Source: Saccostrea echinata (lineage: Eukaryota). Taken from it: a stretch of DNA of 64,000 nt. Both the position numbers and the translations under genes were made by a program. The first letter of the stretch is position 1. Each line of letters opens with the position of its first letter. The notes beneath the pieces were generated by a model that saw only the letters and a list, made by a program, of their open reading frames with translations, did no database searches and had not been told where the DNA came from. The DNA lies in assembly GCF_033153115.1 (NCBI RefSeq), contig NW_026889778.1:2728001-2792000 (forward strand). The letters run 5' to 3'. Of the stretch, positions 13,183-23,700 are shown one piece after another.

Positions 13183-13352
13183 GAGGTTGATATTAAAAGG
13201 ATGCTAGAGTTCCTCATTGACAACATTTAACTAGTCTTCAGAGACCAGCTCTTCCAACAAACTGTTGGAATTCGTTTGGCACTAATTGTGCTCCTCTATT
13301 AGCCGACCTGTTTTTATATAGCTATGAAATAGAATTTATTCAGAAACTTACA
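13183..13352 (+). mobile_element. Degenerate Penelope-like retroelement RT fragment (3' part)
   Basis: EVDIKRMLEFLIDNI*LVFRDQ/FQQTVGI/GTNCAPLLADLFLYSYEIEFIQKL, matching the Q..GIPMG...P.LA.LFL..YE RT motif, with a stop and frameshifts. Confidence 0.7.
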
Positions 13353-13784
13353 TGTGAGAAGAAACCTTCGGTACGTTAATTTCTGTTCTAGATTTTATAT
13401 TCTGTCAAGTCTCTTAGGTAGTCCTCTTATGAACTGCATTTAGCTCCCTGTGATGCGAAGTACAAAATATGGACAGATAGGCTATACCAGAGAGCTACAT
13501 GTCCATCCAAATTCGATTTATAGCGATATGCCCCCCCCCCTTTCTCCCCACCCACGTTTCGGTAATATTTTTTGCATTATGCTATACGCAATACCTGCCA
13601 GTAGTTCAGTTCTCTGGTATGGTTGTCCATATTTTCTGTCCAAGAGAGACAGTTCTGCAGCTAGTTGACAGTATTTTCTGACGTTTGACTTTGCGCATTA
13701 ATTGATGATTTCTCCTACAAAACTATTTCATCTTTTTCTGTAACATTAAACATCAGACACATAGTACAATATCATTTAACTGAA

Positions 13785-13918
13785 NNNNNNNNNNNNNNNN
13801 NNNNNNNNNNNNNNNNNNNNNNNNNNNNNNNNNNNNNNNNNNNNNNNNNNNNNNNNNNNNNNNNNNNNNNNNNNNNNNNNNNNNNNNNNNNNNNNNNNNN
13901 NNNNNNNNNNNNNNNNNN
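13785..13918. other. Assembly gap (N run)
   Basis: Run of n. Confidence 1.
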
Positions 13919-14336
13919 AACAAAAGAAGATTACGAAAATCGCTTCAATGCGCTCGGCTATTATGATGTGTTTACTTCCTGTTCAACGATGTTCTGATAA
14001 AATTCGAAAACTGAGATGGATTTGAACAACTGATGCAAGTAACTACAATCATTGCGAGTAAGAAATGAGTTACATACAAACCAGTTTGTCTATTATAACT
14101 GGATGTTATGCTTAGGGTGAAAAAAAAAACCCATACATTTTTCCTCATGTGATATGCTTACTAGACCTATACATATGTACATGTACATATACATGATATA
14201 CATATATATATATGTATTAAATTATCCGTTTTTTCCTAAAGTAGTTCTGTACCCCTTACGTATTATAGTTGCATTTTAAGTAAACACACCAAGTTTTGAT
14301 AACGGTAATCTGATGTGGCTTATTTCTTTGTAAAGA

Positions 14337-14339
<3 letters not shown>

Positions 14340-14418
<79 letters not shown>
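14340..14418. repeat. (TA)n microsatellite
   Basis: Seen directly. Confidence 0.95.
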
Positions 14419-14421
<3 letters not shown>

Positions 14422-14896
14422 GCTATTTTGCTATCTTTTGCAAAGAGGAATAACTCCGAAAATATTTAGGTGGTGTAACCTTGGACCTAGTGACTAAAAA
14501 AATCTTAGAAGGGGATGTTGGGGGTTACACCATCCAGGTGCCTTTTCCTAACATACCTGTACATCACTATATGATCTTTTCAGTTTGAGATTTTTTTTGG
14601 GGGGGGAGGGGCATATTTTGTTGTTTTTTTTCTCTAATCAGCAAGCATTGGTGAGAAAAGCATTTTAGTCTGGTATTAGAGAATTACTATTTATTTATTT
14701 TAGATTGTGAATAATATTTAAGGAACCATATTTAATAAAACAAAGAATAGAGATCTACCTGGAATACCTGCATGAAGAAGACAAGTTGGTGAATTGACTC
14801 TCGAAGATACATGCATATGTCCATGGTGTTGTCACGTACTGGTTGTGCTTGATCGCCTTTTTTCCCCGTATTGACCACCTATAACCCTCAACCACA

Positions 14897-15172
14897 ATGG
14901 AACACAGACACAAGGAAGCCATAAGGAAAAACTGGACATTCCTCCTAGAAAACATTATTGTAGACGAGCTAATGGACTTTCTTATTTCTCATTCAATCTT
15001 GACAGAAAATATGAAGGAGGAGGTTGAAATCCAAAGGACTAGGAGAGAGAAGGCGACCCAGCTTCTATTTATAGTACAGAAGAGGGGGCCCCAAGCCTTC
15101 CAGACATTTGTTGATGGACTTAAAGAGTGTCAGATGGGGTTCATAGCAGAAAGATTGGAACAATCTGTTTGA
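14897..15172 (+). CDS. CARD-only protein (91 aa), RAIDD/caspase-2-like CARD
   Basis: MEHRHKEAIRKNW...ILTENMKEEV...KATQLLFIVQKRGPQAFQTFVDGL has the CARD signature (ILTEN, LL..L..RGP.AF..F...L). An in-frame TAA at 14882 with no AG before the ATG closes the 5' end. There is an acceptor at 14703 for a UTR intron and AATAAA at 15355. Confidence 0.85.
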   Translation: MEHRHKEAIRKNWTFLLENIIVDELMDFLISHSILTENMKEEVEIQRTRREKATQLLFIVQKRGPQAFQTFVDGLKECQMGFIAERLEQSV

Positions 15173-16378
15173 TATTGCGAGGCTCAAAGAATTTCAACAT
15201 GATCTTGTTTTTTTAGTTCAAGACATTATGTATAATGCTAAAGGGGAATGATTTTGATGTGTGCTAGTTTTTTTCAGATATGTCTTATTCCACTGTCACA
15301 GTAGATTTGGATTTGTTTACTAAATACTAAGTCACAGTTTAGTGATCAGAATTGAATAAAATATTTTTTTTAATGTTAAATATGTAAGCAGTTCCAGAAC
15401 TTTTGTGTCGTTGGCATATTGCATTCAAAACGTAATTTATCTATTATCATTATATGTTTGTAAGCTTGGGTTCAGAATGCATTCAATTAAAGCTATATAT
15501 GGCATGTCTGAGCTAAAATAAAAATACGAGATTGAGTGTAGTTGAACATGATATTTGTTATTTACGTTCAAATTAAAATTTTCACCAATTTTGAACTTGA
15601 ATAACCCCACGTTTCTATAGTTAAATTGACTTTACACTGTGTCTGATATTTAAATGCGGAGTCGGTAAATAAACGGTTATTCAATATTGTTTTAAATTTT
15701 TAATATCTATGAAACGCGATTGATTTAAATTGTGTAATTTACAGAAAAGTCCTATCTTTATATTTATAAAGTAATAAAACAAATAGAAAGATCTTTTTAA
15801 TTTTAGTTAGTCTGAACTTATCAAAAATACACCATATATGACTTTAACTCTTTGTTGATACATGTCATATATTACATATTTTTCAATTTTCATTAAGAAA
15901 AAATATTGCAGGAATGCAAGCCAGCAGATATCTTTTCATTTCAAACCCACCCTCTTGAACCTAATTAAAATAAATTCCTTTAGGATTGTTTGTTAAATAC
16001 TCAGCTTATTCTTGTTTAAATACAATAAATTATTAAACAAAATAAATCCATGTACTTGTTTCATTATTTATTCTAAAATAAAATATTGAAAATGAAAGTG
16101 GAAGCACTTACAATGTGATGAACATGAAGCACTTGATATTAAATGTAGATATTACACACCAGCAAGTGTACAGTCAGTCATCAACACTCAATTGTATTTA
16201 TACAGCACAGTAATTACTGTAGAATATTAGATTTCTGTGACATATTTACATGTATATGCCAGAGATCAAAGTGTTAAATGGAGAAATGATAGTATAGATG
16301 GGAAATAATGATTATTTATAAAGAACACATTCTGTCAACACAGTTTGATTCTACAGCCTTGGAGTAGAGCGTATATAA

Positions 16379-17209
16379 GGCCAAGATAAGTAAATAGTGA
16401 GTTTCCTATTCCAACCTGAGAAAAAATAGGGTAGGTAGGTAGGGAAAACATTTTATTTTATTTTAATATTTTATTGGCAAGCATGCTACCATTTCTCCCA
16501 TGGGAAATCGCTGTCAAAACATTTCTGATAAATGTGTATAGAATCAGGGACCTATATACTAACGGGATAGGCAACTCTCGCAAGTCTCCCGATATCTCGT
16601 AAGTTGCGGGATTTCGTAAGTCAATTTTAATAAAATATATCTCTTTTGCTATCAAGTATTTCAGAATAAAATCTTAATTTATCTATCAAAAAATTATTCA
16701 AGATTTGTTATTAGCACTGTTTTCACTCCTTACCTTAGAAGTAATTACATTGTACGTTTATTTAAAAATCAGTGTGGGCCCCTGATCGGCCGTATTTCCG
16801 AGAAAACGCCAATTTTGGTGGTTGTTTACTTAATATCTAAATTGTTTTAAAATATGTGCTTTAAAATTCATTAAATATCCATTCCAATACACAAAAAGAA
16901 TAAATTACATTAATCAGAAAACAAGCTTTTTACTGGAAAAAACGTATTTTGAAAAACTTGCAGTGTTGTGTGTGCCGTTTTGGGTAAATAAACATGGCGC
17001 TGAAGGAGTTGCCTATCCCGTTAGTATATAGATCCCTGATAGAATATGCATTTTCTGAAACATAGAAGTGATCGAGATTAGGATTTCTAATAGTGAAAAC
17101 TGGAATAGTTTACTCCTGGAAAGATATCTGCGGATAATTTTTTAGGGTCGGCTCATATATTTTAGGGTCAGTCGGGGAACCGGAAACAAACTATTTATTT
17201 ATCTAGGCC
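16379..17209. mobile_element. Non-autonomous DNA transposon (possibly Kolobok-like) hosting a nested MITE
   Basis: ggccaagataagtaaatagtgagtttcc versus the reverse complement of the right end, ggcctagataaataaatagtttgtttcc. Confidence 0.6.
16545..17038. mobile_element. MITE with 33-bp TIRs and 7-bp TSD (P-element-like)
   Basis: TIR cagggacctatatactaacgggataggcaactc (16545-16577) pairs with 17006-17038 with one mismatch. TSD atagaat lies at 16538-16544 and 17039-17045. Confidence 0.85.
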
Positions 17210-17468
17210 TAATCATGATAAATCAATCAAATTGAGAAGGAGTATTCAAGGTATTACAGAAACACTGACCACTTCAATTTTCCACAGTTATGGTCCTTAA
17301 TTCAACTAAAAATTTGTTTGTTTTTTGTCTACACACTGTTTCTGTTATCTCAGATCCATTCTTTTTCAGTCTGATTAAAATCGGATCCCTCGATCCACTC
17401 CCATAACGGATCAAAGGATCTGATTTTAATCAGATTGCTTCTTTTTCACTAAATCATACAATGAAAAA

Positions 17469-18108
17469 TCACAAGTTGAAAATCCTCTCTATCTCCTCCA
17501 CGTTAATGTTCCCTGGGCTGTTTTTTACGGCCTCCAGGAGTTTTTTCACTGTTGCTTGACGTCCCTCCTTCTGTTTCCAAGTGACAAGCATTTTAAAAAT
17601 TTGCGTCTCTGCACTGAAGCCATTGTTCATAATGATATGTTGCATCTTTATGCTGTCGATGCCTAGGTATGCTCCCACTAGCTCGAAACCAGCCCCAATA
17701 TGTTTGCTGACTTCCACAAGTTCTCTCTCTGTTGGAGGCCTGTCTTGAATATTAGCTGTAACATTAGAAAGCAAGAAGGATTTAGGTTAAGATTAGACCT
17801 GTAATATACTATTCTCAAGAAAGCCTTTTGTCACCCAGAAAATTTGTTCATGGATACTTGTTACTAGATTTCATCTTTGTGTATGCTAATAAATGCTGTG
17901 TTTAATTTATTTTATAAAAAATATACTTGTACAATTTATAAATTTTTCTCTGTTTTCTTTATTCTATCATCATACATGTATATCTATGATAATCATGTGA
18001 AAATAACTTGTTTTCTGACTATATCCAATGCAAACATTTCTCTTTTACCAGACTGAAAATTCAGTATTTATGTTTGAAAATTCCAAATAAAAGCTCACCA
18101 CCTGCCAT
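17469..18108 (-). CDS. Death-domain-only protein (98 aa), RAIDD/CRADD-like DD
   Basis: Exons 18108-18099 (ATG GCA GGT G|gtgag) and 17755-17469 (ttacag|CT) give MAGANIQDRPPTERELVEVSKHIG...FELVGAYLGI...ETQIFKMLVTWKQKEGRQATVKKLLEAV..., a typical DD (LG, W.Q+.G+QAT...L). In-frame TGA TGA lies upstream of the ATG, and all three frames of exon 18153-18099 are closed. Confidence 0.8.
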
Positions 18109-18358
18109 CAGTTTTGCCTTATAAGTTCTTCATCATCTGGAATCTGGTAAAATCTGAAATGAAATCCATGAAGAAAATTGATGAACGTAATCCAACATAA
18201 CTCTAAGGCTATCATATATCTTATATTTCAATGGTCTGACAAATTTTGGATAGAAGGCCAGTCCCCAATATCTGTAAAAGTATCTGTTGTATGTTAACTT
18301 TCTTTTATACCATGTACCCCTTTATCCCATGGATATCACTCAATGGATATTTTTTTAA

Positions 18359-18770
18359 TGTAACAGAGACATTTATGTGCCTCTGCTGGGGATTGAACCT
18401 GGGGCCTCTGGCTTGCCAGTCCAGTGCTGTACCGATTGAGCTAAAGGGTTATCCACTAGCTAGCCCAAGCTAGTAGGATGCCATGTATCTAACACTACCA
18501 CATAGTCCCCCTCAAGAGAATGAGATGTCCTCATCTCTTTTGGAGTGCTGACACCTGTGGGGCGAAGTTCTAGGGGCAATCACTCTCACCTGCCAGAGAA
18601 CACCCGGTCCCAAAGTGGGCATTAAATGTAACAGAGACATTTATGTGCCTTTGCAGGGATTGAACCCTGGGCCTCTGGCTTGCCAGTCCAGTGCTCTACC
18701 GAATGAGCTAAAGTGTTAATCCACTAGCTAGCCCAAGCTAGTAGGATGCCAAGTATCTATCACTACCACA
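18359..18770 (-). mobile_element. TRIM-like miniature LTR element with tRNA-like A/B boxes inside both LTRs
   Basis: Direct repeats 18359-18502 and 18627-18770 are 144 bp each with TG...CA ends, around a 124-bp spacer. On the minus strand there is a purine tract gagggggacta before the 3' LTR, an A box TAGCTCAWTCGG and a B box GGTTCAATCC. No TSD found. Confidence 0.65.
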
Positions 18771-18884
18771 CTGATATCCTACAGTTGTGACGTCACGATG
18801 GGTTTTGCGTGAGAGTGCTGAAGTAAAATAAAGTGGAGTCCTATGTGAAAACAGTGTAAAACTTTGATAGTGATGTATACATGG

Positions 18885-19030
18885 GAAAAAAAGTATCTCC
18901 CATATGATTTGAGGATGGATATGATTTTTATCCAACTCGATTTGTGTTTTTTTCTCCTCGCCAAAGCTTGGGGATAAAAAACACACAACTCGTTGGATAA
19001 AATCATATCCAATCACAGATCATGGGAGAT
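18885..19030. mobile_element. Palindromic Crypton-like non-autonomous element
   Basis: atctcccat...ggatatgatttttatccaac versus gttggataaaatcatatcc...atgggagat. Confidence 0.5.
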
Positions 19031-19247
19031 CAAATATTAATCTAATTAAAATTAAATACTAATGTTACATCATGTACATACAGTGAATATGTGAGCGAAT
19101 TTAACATCTAATTTTAATTACATTGATGTTCCTAAATAATGTACATCTTAAAAGTATACGATATATAACTCTGAATTTTTTAGACGTGCAATGTAGGACC
19201 ATACACTTTGCACAGTATATTAAAATTCTTATTTTTGCCTAATATAT

Positions 19248-19825
19248 TAAAGAACAAAGTACGGTTTCAATACAAATTTTGCCCTGTGTTTTTCTTAAAA
19301 ATGAAAGTAATGTAAAAAATTAAAACTCATGATTTCTGAATCATTGAAATTACATGCAGAAAGATCATACAAATCATTTTTCTCACATGACCTTCTAAAT
19401 GCTAATTGTGACGTCATAAACTTGTGCATTTTCCCATATTTTCTTGAAAAGTTGCAGAAGACACCAATTTTCAATGGAATTTTCTCTCAGATGATATTGT
19501 CCACAGGCATCGCCCACAAAGATTTTGAGATATGTGATTTTTCAAAGAATTTTACACAACATATCCGAAAATAAACGTGGGCGACGGCTGTGGACACTAT
19601 TTTCTTAAGGAAAATAACCCTTGAAATGGGTCATTTTGAGGCTTTTTCTGTTTAAAATAGAGAAATGCATTAAATTAATGATGTCATATTTCCAGAATGG
19701 TACTCTTTCATGCTATATTTTTTCCTGATTTATCACTGTCATATACTCAACAAATGTTTAAGCCAGTTTCAGAAAGTATTAAATTTTTAGGGCACAATAA
19801 AGCTAAAACCGTACCTTCCTCTTAA
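19248..19825. mobile_element. Degenerate TIR element flanked by TTAA (Kolobok-like)
   Basis: ttaaagaacaaagtacggttt...tgccct versus agggcac...aaaccgtaccttcctcttaa. Confidence 0.5.
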
Positions 19826-19910
19826 TCAAAAGATATTAATTCTTGAATATGAAAAAAAATCCTGGAAATTCTAGCTTAGTGTGTGCATTGTTTTTTGATT
19901 AAAAAAAAAA

Positions 19911-19983
19911 CATCTTTGCTTGCCAAGGGTTTCCGATCCAAAGTTGTAGATTTCAGATCGGAAACCCTTGGATAGCAAAGATG
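19911..19983. repeat. Short palindromic hairpin element
   Basis: catctttgct..ccaagggtttccgatc / gatcggaaacccttgg..agcaaagatg. Confidence 0.8.
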
Positions 19984-20742
19984 ATATTATGATAAAAAAC
20001 GTGATTTCCTCAAATTTACCAGATAACCCTCATATAACAGTATTATATCAAGCAGATACCCTGGTATATTAACCTCTCAGTCCCTTTAACTATTCAATCC
20101 TACCTGGGATTATTACTGACAGAAAATTGACAACATGGTTCAAAGTAGTTCCATTTTAGTGATTAATTTTATTTTTAATCCTTAGCTTCCATCTCTTTTC
20201 TAAAATTTTAAACCTATAAATTTCAGCTTTTTTTAATCCTTGTATCCATTTCTTACAGTGTCTCAAGCGTACCATGTGTAACCAACGTAACGTGTTCTGC
20301 TGTTCATCAGCACTTATTTTACCACCACTATTTTTGCAAATTTTAAAAAGATTTCACGAAAACTTACAATGGACTGATGAAGAATGGTCCTCAATACCTT
20401 TTTTCTTGCTTAGAGTAAAAATTCTTCCTGTAAAGACATGCAAACCCAACGTTGACAAAAATCTAATCTACAGATTCAACTTTCGTTTTCGATAGTGGCT
20501 CTTCCTTTTTGAAGGTAGATAAGGTCTTCGTAAGCCTGTCGTCAGCAAAGCCGTAAACGGTAAAGATAGTGTGACTGGACGACAGGCTTGAAGCAACATT
20601 CTCCATATAGGAATCAAAGGGGGAAAAAAACTCTTCAACCGTGAAAACTCTTCAGCTAAAAAAAAGTGTTGATATTCAGAACTTGAATATCTCCTGATTA
20701 CACATGCCACTTTAGTTGAACTTCGAGCCCGATGTTTTAACA

Positions 20743-23700
20743 ATGCGTTTACTTTTAAGAAATATTTTTATTTTCTCGGTTCTGATAGTTATTTCAGCAA
20801 ACGACGTGTGTGATAAGGAAGATAAAGAGTGTAGAGAGAAGACAAGTGAAAAATCAAAATATTCTAAAGGTACTGTTGTTTTAATTTTAAGGTTGCAATC
20901 GCATATGCCTGCTGTACCCCTTGTTAGCACTGTGCCCCTTAGAGGCAGCTCTGTTCCTGAAATTTTATCCTAGAAAAATTGGGCCTCTAAATCCTTGTAT
21001 CCATTTCTTATGAGGTCATGTGGCACAGGGATCATCATGATTATATCATAATCATATATAAAAATTAATATCTGTGATACCTTTGTAACAGGAGAGTGCA
21101 TTAGTGTCTTTGGGGGAGAAAACCTTTAAGGAGGGAGGAATGTGGTGAGCAGAGGGGTTTAATCAATATATATACACTCAGTTGGTAGAACATCTTACTG
21201 AAGATTCAGGGTGCATGGGGTAAAATCCTATTCTGGTCAGTTGCATTTTTCTTCACTCCTTACACCTTACATGCATATAAATAAACATGATCAGAAGACT
21301 GACAGTAACAGCATAAGTCTGCTCAACTGGTTAATGTTTACAGTGCATGTTGTATGAAAAAGATACACCTACCTCATTCAGCAAACAAAGGGTTTTAATC
21401 ATGATTGATTCCCAGAGTATCAGAAACTACTCACACAGTAACTTGCAAATAATCCTGTATATATATTTCCATTTCTATTTGTTTTCTCTGTGATAACTCT
21501 TTGAAAGTTAGTTTAGTTGATTTCTTGATCATTCTATCGGAATGTAAATTTCGCCAAGCAATAGGCCAGGAGCTAAGGAAGCCTAATATGCATGTACCTG
21601 GTAAATCTTGTGCGTCTGTCTTAGCGTCTGACGCTAAGGAGCCCCAATATGCTTGTAAATCTCATGCGGCTGTCTTTGTGTTTGACGTCAGTGGGCGTGG
21701 ACTATTGAAATTGACATGGGAGGCTTCGTGTAATTTAAATTGATTAGTAATATTTTTAAAAGCTAATTTAAAATTTTATTTCACAATGGAATGAAAATAT
21801 AAGGAACCACTGTCTAGTTAGTAGGGTATGCCAGCGACATCAACAATAGTTGGAAACGTGGGATAATTTACGCATAATCCCACGTTTCCAACTATCATTG
21901 ATGCTCTGGCATACTCTACTAACTACACAGTGATTCCTTAATAAATATATTATGATTTTTATGCAATTTTTCAAATTTTGCTTTGAATCAATGTGCCTGA
22001 AAAAAATATTAAATTGTAAACATGAACCAAAAATAATATACACTGTCATTCATTCAGGTAGTCCTAAATTGTAGATGTATCCTGAGAAACATACCTAATA
22101 ATTATTATTATTAATTTCTGATAGGTATTTATTAATTATCAATTTCTCAAAATGCATCTATAGAACTTAGGACACCCTAAGTAACCATCTGCTTTGTTTC
22201 ATTGGTCATGATAGGAAATGTTTCCTTAAAGTTTTATTATTTATAAATAACAGATGCAAAGAGTAATAAATGGAAGAAATACCTGAAGAAGATAGAAAAA
22301 GCTGTAATGGATTATACGGATTGTTCACAAGAGGACTGCAGCTGTTATAGAAGGTGTGTGCAATGTGAGAGATTCAAAAATTATTCATTAATATGTCTGA
22401 TGGTGAAATTGTTAGGGCAAATACAGTCAATTAGACTTTTTTCCTGTTTCTTTTTTGACAAGTGTTATTGAAGAAGATTTAACTCCCTGGAAGAGTGGTA
22501 TTACAGAAGAAGTCTTCAAACAGGCCAGAAGTCAAAAATATGGCTCCCATTATCAAATTATAAATCATAAACTTTACAGAGAGGATGACTGTATGTTCCC
22601 AGCAAGGTATCGGTTTATTTTTTAGAGCTTTTTATTATGCTGACATATTGTGGAATCATCATTATTCACGTCGGACCAATGTCCATGAATTCCATGGGTC
22701 ACCCTTACCCAAGAATGAACATCTCCACAGACCATAACAGTTACTGTATCTACCTGTTCAGTATTTCCGAAATAGTCAATGTACTGAACAGGTAGATACA
22801 GTAACTGTTATGGTTTTGTATACATGTATACGAATTACCCACAAAATGACATCCCCACTAACAAGTAAAACTTTGGTTATCCATGAAGATTGACACCCCC
22901 CCCCCCCAAATTAAAATGATTCCACAGTATACATGTGTAGTCTAAATATTATACCTATAATTAGCAGATGTATAATTCCTTTCTTTATTTATTCAATTGA
23001 TGGAAAACTACACAGAGTGCATTATTGCTATTATTTTTTCTTCCACATCATCTGCATGTTAATTGAAAATATTTAGCAAGAGAGCATTTAAAACAAGAAT
23101 CAATGAATGACCTCCCTTATCACAGGTGTAGCGGGAATGAACACTTTATTCTGGAGGTAATAAAGAAGTTACCTGACATGGAGCTTGTCATTAACACTCG
23201 AGACTGGCCACAGATTTCATCTTATCAACAACCCATTCCTGTCTTCTCCTTCAGTAAAGTGGTAACATTCTGTCAATACATGTACATAAAGTTCAAACTA
23301 CATTTTATGATCATGAAACATGAAATTAAGAACAAAATAGGGTTTAGTTATTTGAGCACTCCTTATTGACTCAGCTCTATTGATTTCTGAATGGTTTGTT
23401 TTTGTTCTGAATAAAATTGATTAAAGGAATATAGAACTTCATGTGATTGTGAAAATGGACAGAACAATCATTGTGATAAAAGAGGGATGACACTTAAATT
23501 AATATGATAAATCGCTGTGATGAAGGGGAGTAACTCTGATGTGAAAACAGGTTGAAAAGTCAGAGTAGTAAAGGGGGATAACTCTGATATGACAACAGAG
23601 TAAAGAATCATGATAAAGGGGGATAGCACTGATGTGATGTTAGATTGAAAAATCACTGTGATTGAGGGGTATAACTCTGATGTGAAGTAGATTGAAGAAT

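Noticed and set aside
14897-17755. Single spliced CARD-DD (CRADD) gene
   Set aside because: The domains are on opposite strands, each with its own start and stop, so the CRADD symbol was not assigned. A local mis-assembly cannot be fully excluded, but there is no gap between them.
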